A DNA stretch of 20,000 nt from an uncultured virus (IMG/VR IMGVR_UViG_3300037439_000286). Its lineage: Duplodnaviria > Heunggongvirae > Uroviricota > Caudoviricetes. Under the pieces are notes generated by a model. That model was given only the letters and a program-made list of their open reading frames with translations. It ran no database searches and had not been told where the DNA came from. Positions 1 to 8,136 of this stretch are shown here, piece by piece. The stretch's first letter is position 1; each line of letters opens with the position of its first letter. The stretch is from IMG/VR virus record IMGVR_UViG_3300037439_000286; one strand, written 5' to 3'. Position numbers and translations under genes: made by a program.

Positions 1-2116
1 CCCATGGTCCGTGCAGATTTCGCTCGAACCAGGCACAGGATACATGGTGCGGTGCTCCCGGGATGACTTCCAGCTCGCGATCCAGGCGCTCCAGGAGCTG
101 GTGGACGGCGGGTGCCTGTTCTGCGTCCATCAAGCGAGCGGCCCCGACTACTCCTTCCACGACATGGTCGTCTGCCGGGCGATGGGCCTGGAGCTGCGGT
201 ACGCGCGCCTGTTCGACACGATGTATGCGGCCTATCTGCGGCGAACCGAGCCCCAGGGGTTGAAGGCCCTCAGCTACCGGAAGGCCGGCATGCGGATGAC
301 CGACTACGAGTCCCTTCTCGGCGGGATCGGCCGCGACCGGCAGATCGAGTACCTGGTCGGGGTGATGGGGAGGAAGTGGCCGCGGCCCGATCCGACCATG
401 GTTCGCGACGGCGACGGGGAGTACCGGCTCTACTCGCCGGAAGCCCCGCATCAGGCCGCCAAGCGCATCCTCATGGACGTGTGGAACGGGAAGGTGAACA
501 AGGAGGGAGAGCCGACCGATCCATACAAGCGCTGGAAGAACCTGGATAGGTCGGTGCGCGCGATGGTCGAGGCCGAGGACGGGCGGATGCCGGCTGCCAC
601 TCTCGATGACGTATTGCCGGATGCCGCGACTCACTATGGCTGCAGCGACTCAGACGGGACTCTGCGCGACTATTATGCCCTCGCTCCTGAACTTGAGCGG
701 CACGGCCTCGCTCCGCTCATGGACCATGGGATGTCGGTCATGGGGTTCTTCGAGGAGATGCAGGAGCGCGGGATGCCGGGGTCGTACGCGCGGTTCCTCG
801 CCCTGCGCGAGCGGCTGATTGGAGAACTAGACAGCCTGCAGTGGGCTCTGCGGAACAAGTACTTCGGCGGCCGGCCCTACAACCCCAACTCGCCGATCGA
901 CGTGCCGGTGCTGATGGCGGAGCGGGGCCTGCTTACCGGCCGGGTGAAGAGATCGAGGAAGTCGGGTCGCGTGTCGACCAGCAAGAAGCACATCGGGCAC
1001 CTGAAGTTCGTGGACGAGGCGATGTACGACACGTTCCAGTACCGGGAGAGGCACAAGCTCGTCGGGACGTTCGTCGGGCCGATCATCGAAGGGATGGAAC
1101 GGCGGGGGGCGGGATCGGTTGGCACGGCCGGCACGACCACGGACGATGTATGCCCGGTGGGTGTCGACCGCGATGATGCATATCCGGTACTCCCGGTCCG
1201 CACCAACATGAAAATCACGAGAGTCGCGACCCGTCGGCCCGCGTCCTCTAAGTCCAAGAGCGGCGGCGAGGAGGTCAACCTGCTGAACATCCCCAAGCGG
1301 ACCAAACATGGCAAAGCGGTCCGTGCCTGCTACGTCGCGCCACCCGGACATGTGTTCGTCCGGGCCGACTGGAGCCAGTGCCAGATGCGCATCATGGCGG
1401 ACGAGTGCGGCGACCCGCTATTGATCAAGCTATATCAGGAAAACCGGGACGTGTATGTGGAGACGGCCGCGCGGGCCGAATCAAAGTCCCGGGGTGTGGA
1501 GGTCCCGACGTCCGCGATCACCGACGACACGCGCCAGGCGTTCAAGACGGCCTGCCTCGGGACCATATTCGGGCTCCAGGCGCTGGGCCTGCGCGATCAA
1601 TTGTGGGGCATGGGCGAGCAGTACCGCGCATGGTCAGAGGACGACTGCCAGGGCCTGCTCGACTCGATCCTCGTCACCTATCCAGGGATTCCCAGGTACT
1701 TCGATGCGGTGGCCCGGGAGTTGAGGGGGTCGAGAGGCCAGCCGAACCCGCACGGGGAGATCCGTAGCCGCTGGGGGATGCCGCGCTACCTCCCCGGGAT
1801 ACATTCGCTCGATCGGAAGGTATCGGCCGCGTCGATTCGGGAAGCCGTGAATCACAAGGTCCAGGACGGCGAGTCCGGCATGATGTATAACGTAATCGAA
1901 TGGCTCAGGCCGGTGGTGCGGAGCTGGCAGGATGTGGGGGTGGAGGTCGTGCCGCGGCTCGAAATCTACGACTCGCTCGATTTCACCGTGCCCGAGTGGT
2001 TCGCAGACACCTGGAAGGAGATCCTGCTGGACGCGATGCTCAATCATACGGGGGTCGAGCTGGCCGTGCCGATCAAGGCGGACGTGTCGAGCGCGGTCAA
2101 CTGGGCAGATCTGTAG
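1..2116 (+). CDS. polA: Family A DNA polymerase with 3'-5' exonuclease domain, 5'-truncated at the window edge
   Basis: The frame is open upstream of GTG 11 (CCA TGG TCC). It shows ExoIII-like YGCSD, GRVSTSK, YRERHKL, NLLNIPKRT, motif A ADWSQCQMR, motif B RQAFKTACLGTIFG, NHKVQ, motif C EIYDSL and a C-terminal VPIKAD...NWADL. Confidence 0.95.
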   Translation, partial: PWSVQISLEPGTGYMVRCSRDDFQLAIQALQELVDGGCLFCVHQASGPDYSFHDMVVCRAMGLELRYARLFDTMYAAYLRRTEPQGLKALSYRKAGMRMTDYESLLGGIGRDRQIEYLVGVMGRKWPRPDPTMVRDGDGEYRLYSPEAPHQAAKRILMDVWNGKVNKEGEPTDPYKRWKNLDRSVRAMVEAEDGRMPAATLDDVLPDAATHYGCSDSDGTLRDYYALAPELERHGLAPLMDHGMSVMGFFEEMQERGMPGSYARFLALRERLIGELDSLQWALRNKYFGGRPYNPNSPIDVPVLMAERGLLTGRVKRSRKSGRVSTSKKHIGHLKFVDEAMYDTFQYRERHKLVGTFVGPIIEGMERRGAGSVGTAGTTTDDVCPVGVDRDDAYPVLPVRTNMKITRVATRRPASSKSKSGGEEVNLLNIPKRTKHGKAVRACYVAPPGHVFVRADWSQCQMRIMADECGDPLLIKLYQENRDVYVETAARAESKSRGVEVPTSAITDDTRQAFKTACLGTIFGLQALGLRDQLWGMGEQYRAWSEDDCQGLLDSILVTYPGIPRYFDAVARELRGSRGQPNPHGEIRSRWGMPRYLPGIHSLDRKVSAASIREAVNHKVQDGESGMMYNVIEWLRPVVRSWQDVGVEVVPRLEIYDSLDFTVPEWFADTWKEILLDAMLNHTGVELAVPIKADVSSAVNWADL

Positions 2117-2146
2117 AGATGGAGAAGAGAAGGTAAGGAGACATCG

Positions 2147-2419
2147 ATGGGCGAGATATATTCATCATATTGCGAGTTCCGGTTCGAGAGATACTGGATG
2201 CCAGGACACACGCACTTGCAAGTCAGCTACATCGACCTGTCGAACGTGCCTACCGTCGGCTTGGAGTACGTTCGAGCCCTCATGCACATACATCGCGCGA
2301 TCGATCCGCATCACGGCCTGAGAATGATGTTCGGCAAGTCTCTGTGCCCGGCGCGAGTCATCCTGGTGCCGCTCGGCGGCGGCCTGCTCGCGCTTCTCGC
2401 GGTCGATCGATGGGACTGA
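2147..2419 (+). CDS. Hypothetical protein (90 aa) with a hydrophobic C-terminus
   Basis: AAGGAG RBS lies just upstream of the ATG, and the ORF fills the gap after polA. The 5' part is AT-richer than its flanks. Confidence 0.5.
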   Translation: MGEIYSSYCEFRFERYWMPGHTHLQVSYIDLSNVPTVGLEYVRALMHIHRAIDPHHGLRMMFGKSLCPARVILVPLGGGLLALLAVDRWD

Positions 2420-2443
2420 GCCGCGACGGGCTCCGCAGTCCCA
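2411..2443 (+). terminator. Stem-loop, possible terminator or RNA processing site
   Basis: TGGGACTG (2411-2418) and CAGTCCCA (2436-2443) form a perfect inverted repeat with an inner AGCC/GGCT pair. It overlaps the stop codon at 2417-2419, and the U-tail is weak. Confidence 0.45.
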
Positions 2444-2451
2444 CGATTCAC

Positions 2452-2481
2452 TTGACAGCACGCGCCGCAGCATGAGACAAT
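2452..2481 (+). promoter_or_regulatory. Sigma70-type promoter, probably giving a leaderless mRNA
   Basis: TTGACA (2452-2457), an 18-nt spacer, then an extended -10 TG-a-GACAAT (2473-2481). The ATG at 2488 sits at the expected +1 and has no Shine-Dalgarno. Confidence 0.65.
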
Positions 2482-2487
2482 CCAATC

Positions 2488-3312
2488 ATGGAAGATAAAG
2501 ACGAGCTGACCATCCGCGAGCTGGAAGTAGAGGCCGAGCGGCTCAAGGCCGGCGTCGCGAGCCTGGAGGCCGAGAACCGCCGCCTGCGAGAAGACCGTGA
2601 CGTGACTCTCCGGGTGCTGGGCCAGGCGCGCAATCGATCGCAGCGGATTGCCCGCCTGGAACTCGAAGTCGAGTCTGAGCGACGGGCGCAGGCTGACATC
2701 AGCGAGTCCTGCGGGCGGATGAAGGACAGATACGAGAAGAGGATTGAGGGGCTGCAGGGGTGGAATCGGCAGGCAGCCGATCTTCTCGGTCGGCAGGAGT
2801 CCGAGATCCGCGCGCTCTCGACGCGCCTCCAGGAGGTCGGGGATATCGTCGGTTCGGACGCCTCGATCGGTCGTGAGCTGCGGGCCATCCTCTACTGGCC
2901 GTCGGAAAGCCCGAAGGACGCCCTGCTTCGGATCATCCGCGAGCGAGACGAGTACATGAACGAGCTACATCTTGCCGGCTTCACGGCCGAGCCACGGAAG
3001 ATCGCCCTCCTCGTGCAGGACATCGAGACCTTGCGCCGCGAGAAGCTTCGGCTGGAGCGGGATCGGAACGCCTGGAAGGCCAGCGCCGAGTTCAATGCCC
3101 TGCTCAACGCGGCTCGCGACGACCCTCGTACGGAGAAGCTGCTGGACCTGCTGGACGACGAGAAGCCGCCGTCGAGCCTGGCCGAGCACCTGCTGCGGGG
3201 CACCGGTTTCAGGATGTCCATGCACTATTGGCGACTGATCTCTCGCTCGGCCTGGCGCTGGCTCCGCGACCAGGTGAAGGCCGACGACTCGACCGCCGAG
3301 GCCGGCCGATGA
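2488..3312 (+). CDS. Coiled-coil-rich hypothetical phage protein (274 aa)
   Basis: Long heptad-like E/R/L-rich helices. The stop overlaps the next ATG (ATGA). Confidence 0.8.
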   Translation: MEDKDELTIRELEVEAERLKAGVASLEAENRRLREDRDVTLRVLGQARNRSQRIARLELEVESERRAQADISESCGRMKDRYEKRIEGLQGWNRQAADLLGRQESEIRALSTRLQEVGDIVGSDASIGRELRAILYWPSESPKDALLRIIRERDEYMNELHLAGFTAEPRKIALLVQDIETLRREKLRLERDRNAWKASAEFNALLNAARDDPRTEKLLDLLDDEKPPSSLAEHLLRGTGFRMSMHYWRLISRSAWRWLRDQVKADDSTAEAGR

Positions 3313-3812
3313 TCACCGACCGCACCGGCTCGATCTTCGACTCGCACGCCGACGCCCTGGTCGTGCCGGTCAACTGCGTCGGGGTCGCGGGCAAGGGGCT
3401 GGCGCTGGAGTTCAAGCGGCGATGGCCCGAGTGGTTCCGGGCGTATCGTGCGGCTTGCGAGACAAGGGACCCGGGGCGGCTGATCGCTGGTCGGGTCTTC
3501 GCGTACTTTGTGCCGAGCGGCGGCCCATGGATCATCGCCCTGCCGACCAAGGATCATTGGCGCCGCCCACCCGACCTCGGCCTGATCAATCTCGGGCTAA
3601 ACAGCCTGCGGCGGTGGCTGATCGCGAACCCGCAGGTCGAGACGATCGCGGTGCCGGCGCTCGGGTGCGGGCTCGGCGGGCTCGAATGGACCCGCGTGAA
3701 GCCGCTGATCGAGAATTGGCTTGACCTGGGCTCTCCAGGCTCTGGCGTGAGGGTTCTGCTCTATGAGCCGCAGGAGTCCCCGCAAGATAATCCGCAGGTG
3801 CCTGCCCCATGA
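3309..3812 (+). CDS. Macrodomain (Appr-1''-p processing, DarG/Poa1p-like ADP-ribosylhydrolase)
   Basis: GSIFDSHADALVVPVNCVGVAGKGLALEFK, IIALPTKDHWR and IAVPALGCGLGGLEW. The start is taken as ATG 3309 from the ATGA overlap. Confidence 0.9.
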   Translation: MITDRTGSIFDSHADALVVPVNCVGVAGKGLALEFKRRWPEWFRAYRAACETRDPGRLIAGRVFAYFVPSGGPWIIALPTKDHWRRPPDLGLINLGLNSLRRWLIANPQVETIAVPALGCGLGGLEWTRVKPLIENWLDLGSPGSGVRVLLYEPQESPQDNPQVPAP

Positions 3813-4003
3813 GCATCACCGGCGGCGTGCGTCCGGCCAACCTGCCGAGCGACGACCTGCCGCGGGTGGACAAGGAGAGCGTGCGGGAGATCGGGCGGAT
3901 ACGGTTGCGGTTCACAACCCAAGTGCCCCGCCCCGGGAACCGGGACGAGGCCCCCAGTGTGAGACGCGGCGGGCGAGTGCCGCCGAGCCGAAGGGACGAA
4001 TGA
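3809..4003 (+). CDS. Small basic hypothetical protein (64 aa)
   Basis: ATGA overlaps at both ends. Confidence 0.55.
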   Translation: MSITGGVRPANLPSDDLPRVDKESVREIGRIRLRFTTQVPRPGNRDEAPSVRRGGRVPPSRRDE

Positions 4004-4031
4004 GCGAGATTGGCGAGCGAGAGGAGCATTG

Positions 4032-4508
4032 ATGCCCACGAAGAAGAAGGCCGATCCACCGACCCTGCTCGACGAGGATGGAGTCCCGGACGATGGGACT
4101 CGCGTCCTCCTCCAGATCCTCCAGATCCTCGGGGACGAGGCGGCGCGATTGTCGGCCGAGATCGCGGATCTACAGGCCCAGCAGAAGGCCGCGACCGCCG
4201 AACATGGAGCCGTGGCTGCCGCCGCCGGGATCGCGCGGCTCAAGGCGTCCGACGGATCGTGGTCGGCCGGCATGCAGCCGTGGCGAAACGAGACGATACG
4301 GGCCGAGCGGCTGCTGCGGGACGGGTGGGAGGTTGCGTGTCCGCATTGTGCCGGCGCACTGACCATCACGACCCCGATGCACGTGATCGAGGCGGCGACT
4401 GATAGGCAGGCCGGCGAGACGTGGGTGGTGCGGAGGAAGCCCAAGAAGAAGGAGAAAGGGAAAGAGAAGGGAAAGTCGCCAACCGATGGAGAGGAGAGTG
4501 GATCGTGA
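4032..4508 (+). CDS. Hypothetical protein with a coiled coil, a CPHC motif and a Lys-rich tail
   Basis: GAGGAG RBS at 4021-4026. The stop overlaps the next GTG. Confidence 0.75.
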   Translation: MPTKKKADPPTLLDEDGVPDDGTRVLLQILQILGDEAARLSAEIADLQAQQKAATAEHGAVAAAAGIARLKASDGSWSAGMQPWRNETIRAERLLRDGWEVACPHCAGALTITTPMHVIEAATDRQAGETWVVRRKPKKKEKGKEKGKSPTDGEESGS

Positions 4509-4882
4509 GCAGCGACCGCGTACGAATCAAGGACGGCTGTGCCGGTGCCGGGCAAACCGGCCGTGCACTCGGCCCTCAAATTTTTGAGGGGCAGTGGTGG
4601 ACGCCGGTCCTGTGGGACAAGGGCGGGGACCCGGATTGGCACAAGACATCGGGGCTGGAGGAATCGCCCGCGCCCGGCCTCAAGCCCTGCCCGTTCTGTG
4701 GGGGCAATGATGTTGTGCTCGTGCCGGTCCTGGATGCGCAGGGCGAGGAAGTACCAGACGCCTATGGGGTGTCGTGTCCTGGCTGCCAGTTCGACTTCGC
4801 GATCGGCGACTCTACGGCCGAGGAAATCGCAGCGGCGTGGAACCGGCGGTCCCAGGGAGACGATAGGAAGGAGGGCCGCTGA
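4505..4882 (+). CDS. Lar-family (restriction alleviation) zinc-binding protein with an extra N-terminal domain
   Basis: LKPCPFCGG...VSCPGC...AEEIAAAWNRR signature. GTGA overlap with an upstream GAGGAG. Confidence 0.8.
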   Translation: MSSDRVRIKDGCAGAGQTGRALGPQIFEGQWWTPVLWDKGGDPDWHKTSGLEESPAPGLKPCPFCGGNDVVLVPVLDAQGEEVPDAYGVSCPGCQFDFAIGDSTAEEIAAAWNRRSQGDDRKEGR

Positions 4883-5485
4883 ATGCGCACGCCGTTGGAG
4901 ATCTTCGAGGAAGTGCTGGGCGCCTGGGGCGGCCTTGCTAGAGCCGCCATTGAGATCGGCGGTGCCCCCCGTGAGGCGAGGGCCAGGGCACATCAGGAAT
5001 CGGTCGCCGCTGTCCGGGAGGAGTTCCAGGAGGCGATGGGACCCGGAGGCACTGTACACGGGCACATCGAGACCTTCGATAGGCCATCATTTCTATCGTT
5101 CGATGATGATGCTCCCGCCGAGCTCACGGCGAGCGCTGACGAGGCGTTCCGCGGCGTGACGGACGCCGGCACGACCTACGACTCGATCGAGCCCGCCGGT
5201 TCCGTGGTCAAGCCGCCGCGGGTCGGGCCGGGAGACCACCTGCTACGACCCGCTGCCGACGACGAGCTGGTCTGCGCGGTCTGTGGAAGGCCGCATGTTT
5301 TGCATGGCATCAACTGCCCGATGCTGTCCGTCCCCGAGCAGGCCGAGTTGACGATCGTCAGCCAGGCCGAGAGCCTGCTCCAGGAGAGTCGGCATCGGAT
5401 CGAGCCATTCGATGACGAGGAGTTCCGCCGGCGCCGCGACGAGAGCGCCGAGCGCTACACTCGGCCGGACGGGAGTTCCCGATGA
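4883..5485 (+). CDS. Acidic hypothetical protein (200 aa) with a CxxC...H...C possible zinc motif
   Basis: AAGGAGG RBS, CAVCGRPHVLHGINC motif, and ATGA coupling to the next gene. Confidence 0.75.
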   Translation: MRTPLEIFEEVLGAWGGLARAAIEIGGAPREARARAHQESVAAVREEFQEAMGPGGTVHGHIETFDRPSFLSFDDDAPAELTASADEAFRGVTDAGTTYDSIEPAGSVVKPPRVGPGDHLLRPAADDELVCAVCGRPHVLHGINCPMLSVPEQAELTIVSQAESLLQESRHRIEPFDDEEFRRRRDESAERYTRPDGSSR

Positions 5486-5961
5486 ACGCTGCCCACCTGC
5501 GCGACATGGTAGTCCGCCCGACCCTCCAGCACCTCGGCACCTGGTCCCTGGTCGACGAGCAGCTCGTCATGGGGACCGCGGCCCATGAGAGCGACGGCTT
5601 CCGCTACCTGAAGCAGGCCGGCGGCGGGCCAGCTCTCGGCCTATGGCAGATGGAGCCGGCGACCTACGATGATCTGCACGCCAACTACCTGGCGTACAAG
5701 CGCGACCGGGCCGTCAAGCTGCAAGGTCTGGTCGCCGACTGGCCGGTGGGCGCCGCGGCCCTCCCAACCAACCTGGCGTACGGTGCGGCGCTGTGTCATC
5801 TCCAGTATCTCAGGTACAGAAAGGGGTATGTGCTGCCGATGCCGGGCGACGTGCAGGCAATCGCGGCGGTGTGGAAACAGGTGTGGAATACGCACCGCGG
5901 CAAAGGGACCGTCGGGAAGTTCGTGGACGACTGGCGGCTGTGGATCGGCGACTTGTACTAG
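5482..5961 (+). CDS. Putative endolysin, lysozyme/transglycosylase-like fold
   Basis: VRPTL...LVMGTAAHES...YLKQ..GGPALGLWQMEPAT...WKQVWNT..GKG is a pattern typical of a phage lysozyme-like family. The candidate catalytic Glu is in HES. Confidence 0.8.
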   Translation: MNAAHLRDMVVRPTLQHLGTWSLVDEQLVMGTAAHESDGFRYLKQAGGGPALGLWQMEPATYDDLHANYLAYKRDRAVKLQGLVADWPVGAAALPTNLAYGAALCHLQYLRYRKGYVLPMPGDVQAIAAVWKQVWNTHRGKGTVGKFVDDWRLWIGDLY

Positions 5962-5979
5962 ATCGGAAGGAGCAACGGC

Positions 5980-6906
5980 ATGGCGAATCTCCGCGGCAGC
6001 ATCGGACCCAACGGCTACATCCCGCCGGCCAACGTCACCGTGACTTGGCGCAGACCCGGTGCGCCCGACATCACGAAGAAGCTACGGCCTTCTGTCCCCT
6101 TCACCGGCTCCGGCAACGCGAGTGTCTACAGCCGTTATGGAGAGGACGACCCGGAGTGTGTTGGGCGGCAGATCACCGCCATCGGCTCGGAGCAGCTCGG
6201 CGGGAGGGCCTACCTGATTCTGAGGGAGTTGTACGCGCAGGCCGGCGTTACGGCACCGCTGGCCGCTATAAGCCAGCCCGTGTGGGATTTCGCCGTCGCC
6301 GAGTGCGGGAACCGCCCGGCCGACTGGTGCGATTACAAGCGCTTCACCGGCAAGCCCGATCCGATCTGCGGGGAGAAGTGCCCTCCCTGCACCGGCGGCT
6401 CAGGAGGACAGGTCGAGCCTGGGCAGGTAGTTGAGACGCCGACGAATCTGCGGCTCGAAGGCAGGTTGCTGTCATGGGAATGGCCGGGCTCGGGTGTGGT
6501 CACGTTCAACGCCTACCTCAAGGAGGGTGAGGCGTTCGTGGCCCTCGGAACGTCCAAGAGTTCGCCGATGGTCTTGAGCCTGCGCCCGTCCAACGGAACG
6601 CAAATCCTCCTCTACGCAGGTCAGCGCAAGAAGCGGTACTCGGAAGCCCATCTCGTGGTCGGGAGCGCCGAGCCGGGGCCGATCGATCCGCCACCCCCGC
6701 CTCCCCCGCCACCCCCGCCGCCTGTCTCGCCGCTCGCCGAGACCCTGGCCCTTCACACCGCGGCCGAGATCTGGGAGGCTCTAAGCGAGGCGCAGCGAGA
6801 GGAGATCCGGGCCAAGTTCCCGCCGACCGCCGCGGTGCCGGAAGGGACCGTTGAATCCCTACGACGGTTGGAGGAATGGCTGCTGTCCCTGGGGACCGAG
6901 CCGTGA
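5980..6906 (+). CDS. Hypothetical protein (308 aa) with a Cys cluster, an FN3-like domain and a poly-Pro linker
   Basis: AAGGAG RBS. TPTNLRLEGRLLSWEW...FNAY resembles FN3 strands, and there is a 12-Pro run at about 6688-6723. Confidence 0.75.
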   Translation: MANLRGSIGPNGYIPPANVTVTWRRPGAPDITKKLRPSVPFTGSGNASVYSRYGEDDPECVGRQITAIGSEQLGGRAYLILRELYAQAGVTAPLAAISQPVWDFAVAECGNRPADWCDYKRFTGKPDPICGEKCPPCTGGSGGQVEPGQVVETPTNLRLEGRLLSWEWPGSGVVTFNAYLKEGEAFVALGTSKSSPMVLSLRPSNGTQILLYAGQRKKRYSEAHLVVGSAEPGPIDPPPPPPPPPPPPVSPLAETLALHTAAEIWEALSEAQREEIRAKFPPTAAVPEGTVESLRRLEEWLLSLGTEP

Positions 6907-7253
6907 GCACCGGAATCCCCATCACCGACCCGGAAGAGCTGGCGTGGTGCGACTTTGCGCAGCGCCAGGAGAAGACGTGGCGCGCGATCGAGCTGACCGA
7001 GCAGGGGCTTTCGATCGCCTCTTTCAGGGCCGGGGCGGGCTGGGAGCGCGCCGCCTGCCTGGAGATCGTGCGGGCGGCGGGGTGCGCGTGCTGGGTCCTG
7101 GACCGCGTCGGCCTGTTCGAGGGGACGTTCAGCGGAAACAAGATCCGAACGCGTCCCGGTGGGACCGTGGAGGATCTGCGCTCCATCGAAGTCCATGACC
7201 CCCGCTGCCCCCACGCCCTTGCAAAGCGCATCGAAGCCCGAGAGAGGGGCTGA
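6903..7253 (+). CDS. Hypothetical phage protein with scattered Cys/His residues
   Basis: GTGA overlap with the upstream stop. Contains CAC and HDPRCPH motifs. Confidence 0.65.
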   Translation: MSTGIPITDPEELAWCDFAQRQEKTWRAIELTEQGLSIASFRAGAGWERAACLEIVRAAGCACWVLDRVGLFEGTFSGNKIRTRPGGTVEDLRSIEVHDPRCPHALAKRIEARERG

Positions 7254-7256
7254 GCC

Positions 7257-7469
7257 ATGGACCTGAGACAGCACGCAGAGTTCCTCGTTGAGCAGCTTCT
7301 CCGGGAGGAGCGCGCCCGCATCCGACGGGAGCTTGAGGAAGCCATAGAGGCCGCGTCCTCCGTGGTCCAGCTCTCGGAAGCAGGCGAGGACTTGGGGGAG
7401 CCCGTCGAGATGGTCGAGAAGGAAGACATGCTGGCGGCGCTGGACCGCATCATCCCGGAGGAGCCCTGA
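7257..7469 (+). CDS. Small acidic hypothetical protein (70 aa), last gene of the + arm
   Basis: GAGGGG upstream, directly after the previous stop, with helical composition. Confidence 0.7.
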   Translation: MDLRQHAEFLVEQLLREERARIRRELEEAIEAASSVVQLSEAGEDLGEPVEMVEKEDMLAALDRIIPEEP

Positions 7470-7502
7470 GCCGCCCCGGGGTAGAGATCGACCGCCGGCC
7501 TT

Positions 7503-8021
7503 CTACAGCCCGCCGCCTGGCCAGCGGCCGCCCTTCTTCTTGCTCGTCGCCTCTCGCGCTTCACGAGCCGGCGGCGCCTGGGGAACCTGGGCCTCCTTCG
7601 CCACCTGCGGCTCCCGCGGATGCTCCTGCGGCGGATGCTCCTGGGCCGGCACCGGCACCTCCTGCGGCGACACTTCCAGCCCTTCCCGCTTCAGCCACTC
7701 CTTCTCGTCGACCGCGGCCCGCTCCGCATCATGCCGCCGCTCGACAGCCGCGTCCCTGCTAGCCTGCGTTCCGGTCGTTTCGGCCTCCGCCTGGGCCGCG
7801 TCCTGGGCCGCCTGGGCCTCTCGCGCCTCCCGAGCCTCCCGCTCCGCCTTCTCTGCCCGCTCGGCCTGCGCCACTCGCGCCGTCTCAGCCGCCTCCACCT
7901 CCTTGGCCTCGCGCTGTGCATAGGACGCCGGGTCGTTCGGCAGCGGCGGGTCCCGCAGTACTGGAACGGGTCGGCGCGTGGGATGGGTATCGGGGTGGGT
8001 ACCGGTCTTGGGCTTGTCCAT
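7503..8021 (-). CDS. Ala/Glu/Arg-rich hypothetical protein (172 aa), last gene of the - arm
   Basis: Strong AAGGAGG RBS, a charged helix and a Pro/Gln-rich tail. Confidence 0.75.
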   Translation of the reverse strand: MDKPKTGTHPDTHPTRRPVPVLRDPPLPNDPASYAQREAKEVEAAETARVAQAERAEKAEREAREAREAQAAQDAAQAEAETTGTQASRDAAVERRHDAERAAVDEKEWLKREGLEVSPQEVPVPAQEHPPQEHPREPQVAKEAQVPQAPPAREAREATSKKKGGRWPGGGL

Positions 8022-8136
8022 TGGAATGCCTCCTTGGGCGATGAAGCGATGGGGGTTGGGTGGTCAACCGCTCACCACTCAAGGCAGTAGCACGCCGCGT
8101 GCCATGTGCCGACCGTCCAGTCCTGACGACCCATCC

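Noticed and set aside
1096..1190. Intein in the polymerase
   Set aside because: Far too short, with no C/S...HN splice motifs.
3228..3308. Longer N-termini given in the ORF track (3228, 4421, 6876, 8502, 8839, 19237)
   Set aside because: Downstream starts with an RBS or stop/start overlap fit better and avoid long overlaps.
3761..5065. 434-aa - strand ORF (also 348 aa at 6518-7564)
   Set aside because: Antisense to a coherent coupled + strand operon with recognisable domains.
7470..7502. Expected bidirectional terminator at the convergence point
   Set aside because: Only a short CCCCGGGG palindrome, with no convincing stem or U-tract.
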